A stretch of DNA of 64,000 nt. Source: Catajapyx aquilonaris (taxonomy: Eukaryota). The notes below the pieces were generated by a model. The model worked only from the letters and a program-made list of their open reading frames with translations, was not told the DNA's origin and searched no databases. The stretch lies in NCBI GenBank assembly GCA_000934665.2, contig KZ538134.1, forward strand, positions 1 to 64,000, written 5' to 3'. A program made the translations under genes and the position numbers. Shown in pieces: positions 1 through 11,435 of the stretch (its first letter is position 1; every line of letters starts with the position of its first letter).

Positions 1-240
1 TGCCATGGTAGTTGAGTCACCGTCCAAGAGATGGCAGGAGCATATTGAACCGGGTTTGGCACTGAAAAGTTCGCCTTCTCTATGCACATCCTCGCGCACC
101 AAATTCAAAAACCCTCAGGACATCATAATAATTATGATGTACTTAGCCGTCAAAGGTTTAATATAAGGAGGGGGGAGAGAGGGGGAGGGTATGATGAGGA
201 TAATTGTTGGATGAGCATCATTAAGAACATGTCCTACACC

Positions 241-332
241 GCAGGCCGCAGGCCTAGAAAACAGCGAGCGAAGCGAGTAGTTTTCTAGGCCTGCGTCCTA
301 GGAAAAGGCGAGCGGAGCGAGGGTTTTTCTAG
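241..332 (+). mobile_element. Probable Helitron-type 3' terminus with two tandem hairpins
   Basis: Perfect 16-bp stem CGCAGGCCTAGAAAAC/GTTTTCTAGGCCTGCG (247-295) around GCGAGCGAAGCGAG, then a second related hairpin ending CTAG|T at 332. Confidence 0.45.
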
Positions 333-1127
333 TAATGCTATAAAATTGATGATTTGAAGGAATAATATTATTTTTCCACCTTTAATCACTTCGAAAAAAT
401 GTTCGAAAAATATGAGAATATTTTATTGCACATGTCCTTGGTACACTCACCAGATGCGCAGCTGGTTGTCGCAAATATTTTCATTTTTGTTGGGTTGGAG
501 ATAGACAAAACTAAAGCATGAAGGTCATTTTGTATCGAGTGCACATTTCTGGGAAACTTTAAAAAAATTTATTTAGAAAAAAATGCATTTACAGTAATTT
601 AATGCATCGAGATTATTTATTCGCATAGTTGCAAAAGTTTGAGTCAAAAGTTAAAATGTCAAATCTTCTAAATATCTTGAACTCAAATGATAAATGTACC
701 TATAATTAAACTAACCATATGCGTGTCTGAAAAACACATCAGGGAACAGCAGAGAGATGGAACATGTTGCGACATTTTCCAAATTAATTTCCACCTGTGA
801 GTGACTGTTGCAGTCATTTTTGTAAAAAAATGATTTCGCTATTCACATCAAGTGGCACCAAATTGTGAAATTACAAGAATATGGTATGGACAGTGTAGGC
901 AGTAAATTCTTGCGTCCAGGACAATATCATCGCAATTTTTTGGGGGACATAAATTGGCAATACAGTAATAGGACAGCTTCATCACATTTAGCATTATGTG
1001 GATCCCTAGTGAAGTGCAAAACGGCATGAAGTTTTGATACATTAATTTTATTCGGTCAGGCAAGTTTAACATTACATGGCAAAACTGCTTGAGACAAATT
1101 GTCTCCGGGAATTGTCAATGCAGAGAA

Positions 1128-1923
1128 CTAATAATACCACCAAGGATAATCATAGAAATAATCGGGGCACTTCTTGCCACCAGGGAGCATGGCTCCGTGG
1201 AATTTTGGAGTGTTTTTCTCTCTGTACTTATTCATGAGGTAATTCTCTTTCTTCTTATCTTCCAGTGCAAATTTACGCCGCAAGATCAAGATTGTTTCCG
1301 AATCGGTGTCTAATGTGGATAAAATGATCCATTAAATATAATTATAATAAATTATGTCACCATGAATTACGCTCACCTGTTCCTGCTGCACACATCTTCC
1401 ATACCAAGTAATCTCCGTCGTAGTCCATCAGCACGCGACTGCCGGATTCGTTCCATGGGGTAGAAGCATCTTCATCCATTGTCAAATTGGTTTTAAAGTA
1501 GTTCTTGCTCCCATCAATCTTTTCCATATGCACGATGTATACAATCGTTTTATCTTTGCTGCAACAGATCAGGATAATGACAGATTCCGAATATTGTCGT
1601 CATAAGTGTTTTTACATTACCCGGAGTCGTATAAAGCGCCATAGATTTTTATGTTGTCATCAATTTCATTGTAGAAGATGGCGGTTTTGTCGCAGTATGT
1701 ATAGGCTGGATCCTCTGACATTTGCTCTATGATGTACGTACCCTGAAGCTGAAATGAGAGTTATGTTAGATATTATTTTGTGAGTAACGTGAATCGAGTA
1801 TAGTCCACGATTTTGTACTTCTGCAAGTTTCACGTCTTCTTTCCCTTCGTCGTTGGTGCATGCTTGGCCAAAGCCAATGACCATGCACAGCAGGACAACA
1901 ACATTCATAATGCCAAACGCCAT
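1128..1923 (-). CDS. Secreted lipocalin-like protein, array gene 1
   Basis: Exons 1923-1819, 1748-1621, 1558-1377, 1309-1128 (phases 0,2,1). Protein: MAFGIMNVVVLLCMVIGFGQACTNDEGKEDVKLAE/LQGTYIIEQMSEDPAYTYCDKTAIFYNEIDDNIKIYGALYDSG/KDKTIVY..MDYDGDYLVWKMCAAGT/DTDSETILILRR..KFHGAMLPGGKKCPDYFYDYPWWYY*. Alternative in-frame ATG at 1935. Confidence 0.85.
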
Positions 1924-2685
1924 ATCTCCAGTCATAAACCACTACTGTAATGCATAATGAAAATTAGTGCAGATAGTGCAAGTATATATACAGGGTGAGT
2001 TATGTGCCAAGTACCTTCAGATATTGCCAGCTCAGTGGCACCTTCCAGAGTGATGTTTCAGTGCACATGCTTCACCTAGTCATTCCTTCGGTTTCCCCCA
2101 CATCTCCACCCCATCCTCCATCACATCATTTCAACACAATTGCCTTTCGATGCTGATCAATTGCTGAGATTTGCAGCTGTGTTCACTGATACAATGCGTC
2201 CTGTACACTCCACATTACTCTCAGTTGGCTGTGCAGCTGTTGCATTGTTCAGCCCTCCTAAAGTTAATCAAGCTCGAACATAGTGAGATGAAATGAAATT
2301 CTTTTATTGCCATAGTTGTTGCCTGAATGTGGACATGAAACCTATTCATATTTGCCGCTGGGAAAATGGGACTCCATCTAAGTATAGTACAAATGTCTGC
2401 ACAGTCGAACACTGCGTAATAGTACAGCAGGTGGCTGGGTTCAGGGTTAGTATGAGTGACAAAGAAGTGTTGTGTAACGATGGAATACAAAATAATACGG
2501 GCTTTCTTGTGCAATACAAGGACCATGTGTACTTTGTGATGCTTTTTGACATTTTTTTCTATTTTAACTTCAAGAAAAGGAAACACATTTGAGTGAATGT
2601 TTTCACATACATTTATTCGGCCACACGAGTTTTAAACTGCGTGTATAACAAACTGACACTGTTGTGTCACTCTGAACCTGACAAA

Positions 2686-2871
2686 CTATTTATCCCAATA
2701 TCCGGGACATTTCCCTCCAAGGGGCTCAGAACCGTGGAATGCTGTATTATCTCCTCCAAACTTCGCCATCAGTTCAACCTCTTTCTCATCATTTCGCTTT
2801 CCTCCTGAGCGAAGCCACATGATCTCTACCGCATCAGTATCTGAATATGGACGAAATGTTTCATTTTGTTG

Positions 2872-2953
<82 letters not shown>

Positions 2954-3490
2954 CCTTCTGAATCATCTGAGCACATCTTAAACACTAGATATGTTCCATC
3001 GAAATACATCAGCCTGCGACTCGAGGACTTTTCCCAAGTGGTGGTAGCTTCTTCGTCCATTGTGAATTTTTGGGTGAACTCGCTTGACTTGTCTTCGTTG
3101 TGGCCTAGATGCACTATGTACACGATCGGTTTTTTCACGCTGCAACATAAAGGGTAAAGTAAATTTTGAATTATTAAGATGGCTTGTTACCTTGTTACCC
3201 TGAGTCATAATAAACTCCGTGTATTTTGATAGTATGGCTAGATTCATCAAAAACGATGTAGGTAACGTCGCAGTATGTATATCCTGCAGCTCCTTCAGAT
3301 ATTTCAACTACGTAATACTCTCCCGCAATCTGAAATGAAGGAACTGTTAGTTTTCGTGGACGATACATATACCAAGCTGCAGTACCTTTGCAATGTCCAC
3401 GCTGTTGTCTCCTTCTTCTGGGGTGCATGCTTGGGCCAAGCTGATGACCACGCTCAACAGGACAGCAACATGCATAGTGCCAAACGACAT
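2686..3490 (-). CDS. Secreted lipocalin-like protein, array gene 2
   Basis: Exons 3490-3386, 3329-3199, 3139-2955, 2840-2686. Protein: MSFGTMHVAVLLSVVISLAQACTPEEGDNSVDIAK/IAGEYYVVEISEGAAGYTYCDVTYIVFDESSHTIKIHGVYYDSG/..YFDGTYLVFKMC../DTDAVEIMWLR..AFHGSEPLGGKCPGYWDK*. Confidence 0.87.
2873..2953. repeat. (TAA)n microsatellite in intron 3 of gene 2
   Basis: About 25 nearly uninterrupted TAA units. Confidence 0.95.
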
Positions 3491-4081
3491 TATGCTATTT
3501 AAAATCAACTGTTATATAATATAGACTGATAATATTCACCAAATTTGGTGTACTGTACCTTCAGATACTGCAAGCTCAGTGAGGACTTACAGAATGATGC
3601 TTCAGATCACGAACATCGCCTAGTTATTCTTCAATCCACAAATTATACCATAGCATTTTTATTGTTCTCTATTGATACGCAATTACTGATATACCCACGC
3701 AAGCTGTGGATGTGTGTGCCTGCCAGACTCTCCGGTAATTATTGAGATAATACATGCACACATTGGGCCGTGGTTGTGCAACGCTGGCATTGTTTTGGAA
3801 TTTTGCTTGCTTTTTCTATAGGATTATAATGAAACGAGAGCATGGTGAGCTGAAAGTAAGTGTGGTTATTGTCTGAATGAGGGACACAATAAAATAGGAG
3901 CCATAAATGTCTGCAGAATCATAGCACAGTAGCAGGTGGTTCAGACTGGGTTCAGAATTATCGAAAATGTTAGCAGTTCGTTACAAATTCTAGTCTTTAT
4001 TCCGTAATGCCATGAAAAAAATATATTGTTGATAATGAGCCATTACATTTTCTCAAATAATATATCTTGAAGCTGTTCTAT

Positions 4082-4977
4082 TTACTCTAAGTTTGGGCAA
4101 GACTTGGCATTTTTTGCTGTGTGAAACTTGCTCGTGCTATTCGGGATTTCCAACTCTTTAATCAAGGCTTGAAGACTTTCATCGTCTGCTGGGGCACCCT
4201 TGCGTCGATTTATTTGGATTACGTCTGAAACAATAATTTCATTCTGAAGTTCCGTAACAATGCAAAAAATGTGTCTGAATATAATTCGGACCATACCTGA
4301 ACCGTCAGGCATGCAGATAGAGTACACCAAGTACTTGTCATCCGCTTTAAGGAATTTGAAACTCTCGATTTTTTCCCATGGTGTGGAGGGTATATCGTCC
4401 AGTACAACATGAGGCAGCCAGGCCGTTTTGTCCACTGGGTGTGGCTCGAATGTCACAGTCGCATCGATCCACTTGGACTGTCTGGAATATTGCAAGGTTA
4501 TAATATTATTATGGCTTATTATGTATACCTGTGGTCTAACTGGTCTTGCAAAAACAGGGAGCGGTTACTTACCCGACGTCATAATACTGCCCATGAAGTA
4601 ATAATGAATTATTGGTTGAATCGTATAGAAGAGTAACTTCCGCACATTCGGTGTATTCATTGGACTCGCTAATTTCTACCTCTGTGTACTCTCCAGCTAT
4701 CTGAAAGTGTGGAATTAGCTAATTAGCTTCTTACTAATATTTTAATAGTCATAAAATTTTCGCCACGAGAATCCACATGCAAGGTTATTTCTGTCTAACT
4801 GTAAGCCTCCAAATGAGTTATATAACTTATGAAATATAACTTATATTGTAATATTTATTAATAAAATTATGTACTTACTGCTGATAACTCAATGTCCGCT
4901 GCCTCCTCGTAGGTGCAGGACTGACCCAAACCTACCATAAAGCACAGCATCAAACAGGTCAAAGTCCACATCGTCAT
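4082..4977 (-). CDS. Secreted lipocalin-like protein, array gene 3
   Basis: Four exons: MTMWTLTCLMLCFMVGLGQSCTYEEAADIELSA/IAGEYTEVEISESNEYTECAEVTLLYDSTNNSLLLHGQYYDVG/QSKWIDATVTFEPHP..KADDKYLVYSICMPDGS/DVIQINRRKG..KFHTAKNAKSCPNLE*. Confidence 0.88.
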
Positions 4978-5771
4978 CTGAAAGAGGGCATTATTATTAA
5001 TAAGCAAGTTAGGCCACAGGCGTATTAAGCTAGAAAATATTAGGCACTTCTCGTTACTTTATATTAGAAAATAATCACCGTGTGATCTCGAGAGTTGATG
5101 GCTGCCCTTCTGTCAGTTTTAATAACTTGGTTCAGGCTGTTATATAGCGTTTTACTTTCAGGAAATATTCTATAGAAGATGCCTTATAATATTTTTCCTC
5201 GTTTGCATATAGGCCGTTTCGTAATGATATAGTTCCTTATTATGTGCCTATGCCCTTATGGTGTACATTAATTTCTTTATAAAATGCTGATAATTATTTA
5301 TTCTGTAATTAAGCATCTTTAAGATTGCGTAGGTAACGACGAATCGCCACTTTGCATAACTGATCTGGTGCAATAACACTTAATCACAAGTATGATGCAG
5401 TGTTTCCTCATGTAAAATGAATCCTTTTAATAACAAGCAATATTAGCATCATATAGTCATATACTCGCGGTAATAATAATCAAGTGTACAGTACCATTCG
5501 GCAGAGAGTGACCAATAACATATCGGCTCTAATCAGCTCTGACTTTCAACAATTTGTGCCTAACAATTAAAAGTTCAAGTTTTTGTGAAAATGAAAAATC
5601 GCACACATGTATTCCTCAAATATATTCTTTCATACCTCAAAAAAAATCATTCGTGACTAAAAAATTTGTTAACGAGAGGTTATTGTCATTAAAATGCTCA
5701 AGAGTCGTCTTGGGGTCCAAACAGGACCCCACGTTTCAAGTTAGCGACAAGTTTTTTTTTCTGATCCTAAT

Positions 5772-6216
5772 CAGGGAGCATATACTACATAAGAGGCGCA
5801 AACTTCTGTCAGGCCATTGTTGTTAGCGTCTCTCTGTTTATAGGGCGTTACTAAGGCCGGCGGCCATCTTGACCTGTGTGGGATGCCAACGAGGTATAAA
5901 TAGGGTACAGGCAACAATAAGGTCCGCCATCTTTGATGGTTTTGGCAGCCATGGCAATACACGGCAATAACACCCGCGAATTTGAATTCGATATTGGAAA
6001 ATGGGTAAGTATAAATTGTTGTTGCCGTGTATTGCCATGGCAGCCCAAACCATCAAAGATGGCGGACCCCGCGGACCTTGACGGCCTGCCTGTACCCTAT
6101 TTACACCTCGTTGACATACCACACACTCCAAGATGGCCGCCAGCCTTGACAACGCCATAAACAGAGAGACGAAAAAAATCGAATGTTTGCGCCTCTTATG
6201 TAGTATATGCTCCCTG
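5772..6216. mobile_element. Palindromic MITE, P-element-like
   Basis: 32-bp perfect TIR CAGGGAGCATATACTACATAAGAGGCGCAAAC; 7-bp TSD TCCTAAT (5765-5771, 6217-6223); interior largely self-complementary. Confidence 0.85.
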
Positions 6217-6639
6217 TCCTAATCAACATGCCATATTCATGACCTGACATGCATAATTGCAGAGTGGAAAGCAAAATGACCCATGTATTACATATAGTGT
6301 TTAACCCTTCCTGTAATTGATAAGTATAGCCGAATATAGCTTATTTATTTCAATCTTCCTATTTTTAGGTACATTATCAAGAACAATATATTACAGGTAA
6401 ACAGTGAACTGCACCTCATGAGTCAACCAAGCATAATAGGAGATCAATCTTTATTGTACGTGCCACTTATAATACAGACCGAATTTAGGAGACAAAATAT
6501 TTCACTTTTGCTGTTGATGAAAGCTTATAAAATAAACAAGATTGGCATATCCCAGGAGCGTGATTAGAGTAGACTTTTTCTCATTCTTTCAAGTAGGCTA
6601 ATGCCTGTAGCATTGTTGTTGATGCCAAACTGCTTGTAT

Positions 6640-6900
6640 ATAGTGTTATTGTTTTCAGTATATAGCTCATTATACCGCCTGCGCCCCATCACCCCATCAT
6701 CCCCTACCCCTTAACCGTCCCCTCCCCCAGACCGCTTCTTTCCCCATTTAAAAAATCTATCCTATATAGCAAACCCATCTTTTAGACCTTTTTTCATTCA
6801 TCGGAAAAAGTCTTATAGCACGGCTCCGTCCGTCCGTCTGTCTGTGGACAGGTATCAGGGGGTAGGAGGAGGGAGGGGATTTTAGAAACTATAGCATTTT
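6640..6900. mobile_element. Degenerate DINE-1/Helentron-like fragment
   Basis: CCGTCCGTCCGTCTGTCTGT microsatellite with repeated TATAGC motifs and T-rich flanks. Boundaries uncertain. Confidence 0.3.
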
Positions 6901-7055
6901 TGGCGTGGGTGTTTTTTTATTTCTTAATCATTTGGTGGTTGTGACTGCATAACATGACGTAATTATCCTTTGGAAAAGCAGTTAGTTACAATTCTGGTTT
7001 TTATTCCGTAATGGCATGAAAAATTTTATTGCTGATAATGAGGTGATGCATCTAT

Positions 7056-7906
7056 TTACTCTAAGTTTGGGCAAGACTTGGCATTTTTTGCTGTGTGAAA
7101 CTTGCTCATGCTATTCGGAATTTCCAACTCTTTCGTCAAGGCTTGAAGACTTTCATCGTCTGCCGGGACACCCTTGCGTCGATTTATTTGGATTACGTCT
7201 GAAACAATAATTTCATTCTGAAGTTCCGTAACAATGCAAAAAATGTGTCTGCATATAATGCGAACCATACCTGAGCCGTCAGGCATGCAGATAGAGTACA
7301 CCAGGTACTTGTCATCCGCTTTAAGGAATTTCAAACTCTCGATTTGATCCCATGGTGTAGAGGCTCTATCGTCCATTACAACATGAGGCAGCCAGGCCGT
7401 TTTGTCCACTGGGTGTGGTTCGAATGTCACAGTCAAAACGATCCACTTGGACTGTCTGGAATATTGGAAGGTTATAATTATGCCTTATGTATATACCTGT
7501 GGTCTTGCAAAAACAGGGAGCGGTTCCTTACCCGACATCATAATAGTGCCCATGAACTAGTAATGAATTATTGGTTGAATCGTAAAGAAAAGTAGCTTCC
7601 GCACATTCGGTGTATTCATTGTCCTCGCTCATTTCAACCTCTATGTACTCTCCAGCTACCTGAAAGTGTGGAATTAGCTAATTAGCTTCTTACTAATATT
7701 TTAATATCTATAAAATTTTGGACACGACAATCCCTGTCTAACTGTAAGCCTCCAAATGAGTTATATAACTTATATTGTAATATTAATTAATAAAATTATG
7801 TACTTACTGCTGATAACTCAATGTCCGCTGCCTCCTCGTAGGTGCAGGACTGACCCAAACCTACCAAAAAGCACAGCATCAAACCGATCAAAGTCCACTT
7901 CATCAT
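7056..7906 (-). CDS. Secreted lipocalin-like protein, array gene 4 (recent paralog of gene 3)
   Basis: MMKWTLIGLMLCFLVGLGQSCTYEEAADIELSA/VAGEYIEVEMSEDNEYTECAEATFLYDSTNNSLLVHGHYYDVG/QSKWIVLTVTFEPHP..SICMPDGS/DVIQINRRKG..KFHTAKNAKSCPNLE*. Confidence 0.88.
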
Positions 7907-8795
7907 CTGAGAGCATATTAATAAGCAAACAATTAGTTAGGTCATATAGCATTACGTTGCGTGTTAAGCTAAACAATATTAGACACTTCTCGTTACTTTA
8001 GAAAATAATCACCGTGTGATCTCTATAGACTCGATGGCTGCCCTTCTGTCAGTTTTAATAGCTTGCTTCAGGCTATTATATAGCATTTTACTTTCAGGAA
8101 ATATTCTATAGAAGATGCAGTATAATATATTTCCTCGTTTGTATAGGCCGTTTCGTAATGATATAGTTCCTTATTATGTGTTCATGTTGTACATTCATTC
8201 CTTTATAAAATGCTGATAATTATTTCTTCTGCAATTAAGCATCTTTAAGATTGCGCAGGTAACGAGGGAATCGCCACTTTGCATAATCTGGTGCAATCAC
8301 ACTTAATCACGAGTATGATGCAATGTTTCCTCATGTAAAATGAATGTTTTTAATCACAAGAAATATCAGAATTCATCATATAGTCGTATACACTTGGTAA
8401 TAATAATCAAGTGTACCTGATGTACCTGATTTGTCCAGCTATTGTTAATAAGAAAATGCAATGTAGTGTCAGGCTGACTGTTTAATTTGCATCAGTCAGC
8501 ATGTGGATGTTTATTTTTTTTATTTCATAATCATTTGGTGGCTGTTACTGCATGACATGACGTAATTCTCCTTTGGAAAAGCCTTGTAGGAGATGAAGAA
8601 ACAAAGGCAAAATATGAAACGTCCCATTCAAGTGCACATTACATTCAAAGTTTATTAAGCGTCTACACGAGCACAGACAATGAATACAGCAATTTCATAC
8701 GTTTCGTACCATTTATTTCTGATTCACAAAAGACAGCACACAGCAGTTACATGAGTGTGGTATTTTGTGTAGATGTCTTGCATCCAATGCAGCTT

Positions 8796-9601
8796 TTACC
8801 ACAAGTTGGGACAAACATTAGTGTTTCTTCCTTTATGAAACTTGGGCATCGTAGGTATTTGGAACTCTTTCATCAGAGCTTCCAAACTCTCGGCTTCTGG
8901 TGTGACACTCTTGCGCCGATATATTTCAATGACATCTGTAATCGACATAATTAAGGATTCAGTAATCACTGGATTGCAACAATTTTAAAGGGAAGTAACA
9001 AAAACGTCGCTTTATGAATCGCACCTGAATCATCAGGCATGCATATTGAAACCACCATGAACATCTCGTCCACCTTGAGAAATTTGAAACTTTTCATTTG
9101 TTCCCACGGCATAGTAGTTTTGTCATCAGCTTCAGCAAGCCGAGGTACAAAGGCCGTTTTGTCCTCTGGGTGAGGGTCAACACCCAAGATGAACGTCCTC
9201 CATTTCGACTGTCTGTAACCAGACATTTTCATAATGACATTATAGATGATGTCTACACTAAAAAAAGTATAATTAGAATAGTTTCCTCACCCGACGTCAT
9301 AAAAGTGGCCATGCATTAGTAGTGTGTTGTCTGTCGGTTGGTAGAGAATTGTGATCTCTACGCAGTCGGTGTATTCACTGGGCTCAGCAATTTCTTCCAT
9401 TGTGTAGAGCCCTGCTAACTGAAATGCGAAGTAATGTTCAACATCAGCAGCAGTTAATCGAGGGGACTGACACTCATTTTGGCCCCAATGTACGATACTT
9501 ACATCAGACAATTTAAAGTCCGCTGCCTCCAGGTAGGTGCAGGGTTGACCCAAACCTACCAGTGAGCACAACATAAACGCAGGCAATATCCACAGGGCCA
9601 T
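8796..9601 (-). CDS. Secreted lipocalin-like protein, array gene 5
   Basis: MALWILPAFMLCSLVGLGQPCTYLEAADFKLSD/LAGLYTMEEIAEPSEYTDCVEITILYQPTDNTLLMHGHFYDVG/QSKWRTFILGVDPHP..KVDEMFMVVSICMPDDS/DVIEIYRRKS..KFHKGRNTNVCPNLW*. Confidence 0.88.
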
Positions 9602-10578
9602 CTGAAAAACAGTTTAAAAATTTATATCCGCTTGACTAATAGTATCTGATAGTGTTATGTGATCTATACTGTACCATGTAAATTGCTGTAACTACAGGAT
9701 AGGTTATCTCCTTGAATTACTATTCTCTCTGGGGAATCGATGACTGAACTTCTGTTTCTTCCGTGAATTGCTTGTCATTTATACCATTTTGCACCAGGAA
9801 ATTTAATGCAGAAAGTTCTTGGAATTTAATCATAATCTGTCACATGCAATTATTTAGGCGGATATTTCCGTAATATGTCAGAAAGTATTTTTCAACATGT
9901 CAACGGCGTTGATTGATATTGAACCAGTAGAAGTTTGGTCATGTGGAAATTGATCAAAAATTATGCTGACTTGTATTGTTCCCTTGGACTTTAATGAGAA
10001 TACCATAATTACTGTATTATTTATAATCTGACTTAGAGACTATCATTTTCAATTAGTTTCTTCCTTAATACTCTAATTGGGGCTTTGAATGTCAATTAAT
10101 GCACAATGATCCGGATTTTGCACGACTGTTACACATCTGACATCAAGAGACTGTGAGTCATGTTATCGACAAGTGCTGTATCTAAACGACCGTATGTACT
10201 GCAAGAAGTCGTTAATTTACATGAGCAGATTGTGATTTTCCTGACATACACTTTATTATAAGTTACTATATTAAATTTAAATTATCAGCTTTCATTTTCC
10301 TTATAGTACAATATCTTTACGAGATATGAGAGCTGTATAGTTGTAAATGACAAGTTTGTTACATAACCATCATAATCTGTTCGATGTAGGTTTACTTGTT
10401 AGGCGGATATTTCCGCAATTACACAATTACTTCTCATATTTTTAAAGCTCACAGACACACGTTTCGTAACATTTATTTTCGATTCACAAAAGACAGCATA
10501 TATTACACATTTTAATACAATTAATACAATTACACGAGTATCGTAATCCCTGTAGGTGTCTTGCATCCATTGCATCTG

Positions 10579-11435
10579 TTATCCCAAGTTGGGACAAGCC
10601 TTAGCGTTTCTTCCTACGTGAAACTTGGGCACGGTAGGTATCTGGAACTCTTTCATCAGAGCTTGCAGACTCTCGTCGTCTGGTGTGACACCCTTGCGGC
10701 GATATATTTCAATGAAATCTGTAATCGACATTGTTAATCCTTCAGTAATCGCTGCATTGCAACAACTTTAAAGGGAAGTAACAATCTCTAATGTCTCACC
10801 TGTATCGTCAGGCATGCAGGCAGAAAGCACCATGTACTTTTCATCCACCTTGAGGAATTTTAAACTTTTCAGTTTATTCCACGGCATAGTAGTTTGGTCA
10901 TCAGCTTCAGCATGGGGTACAAATGCCCTTTTGTCCTCTGGGTGAGGGTCAAAAGTCACAATGAATATGATCCACTTGGACTTTCTGTAAATGTAATTGT
11001 TCAGAATGACATGTTTTTGGTAGACTTAAAAAGCTTATTATAGTGAATGTTTTGACTACCCACCCGACGTCATAATAGTGACCATGCATTAGTAGTGTGT
11101 TGTCTGTTGGTTCGTAGAGCATTGTGAGCTCCACGCAATCGGTGTATTCACTTGGCTCACCAATTTCTTCAACTGTGTAGAGCCCTGCTAACTGAAATGG
11201 GAAGTAATATTTAATCGGATAAATTTTTTTTACTGAAGAATTTGCGATTAATCATTTTATGAGTTCAAAATATACCCCATGTGTTCTTATATATTTTGAA
11301 TAATTTTGGCGCCAATAGTAATAGTACGATACTTACATCAGATAATTCAAAGTCCGCTGCCTCCAGGTAGGTACAGGGCTGACCCAAACCTACCAGTGAG
11401 CACAACATAAAAGAAGTCAATATCCACATGGCCAT
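10579..11435 (-). CDS. Secreted lipocalin-like protein, array gene 6 (paralog of gene 5)
   Basis: MAMWILTSFMLCSLVGLGQPCTYLEAADFELSD/LAGLYTVEEIGEPSEYTDCVELTMLYEPTDNTLLMHGHYYDVG/KSKWIIFIVTFDPHP..SACMPDDT/DFIEIYRRKG..KFHVGRNAKACPNLG*. Confidence 0.88.

Larger units (their letters stand above)
3972..8415. repeat. Recent tandem duplication, 3972-5488 vs 6978-8415 (genes 3 and 4 with promoters)
   Basis: Exons, introns and about 500 bp of upstream DNA align almost base for base. A further short copy of the unit boundary (6915-6980) recurs at about 8515-8582. Confidence 0.9.

Noticed and set aside
2221..2592. Overlapping Cys-rich ORFs between genes 1 and 2
   Set aside because: No signal peptide or family motifs; part aligns with non-coding upstream DNA of gene 2 (about 3900-3960).
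2686..3138. 150-aa ORF with a poly-Leu run suggesting a membrane anchor
   Set aside because: The Leu run is the intronic (TAA)n microsatellite read through in frame; paralogs place an intron exactly here.
5771..6160. Four overlapping ORFs with repeated PKPSKMAD-type peptides
   Set aside because: By-products of the palindromic MITE.
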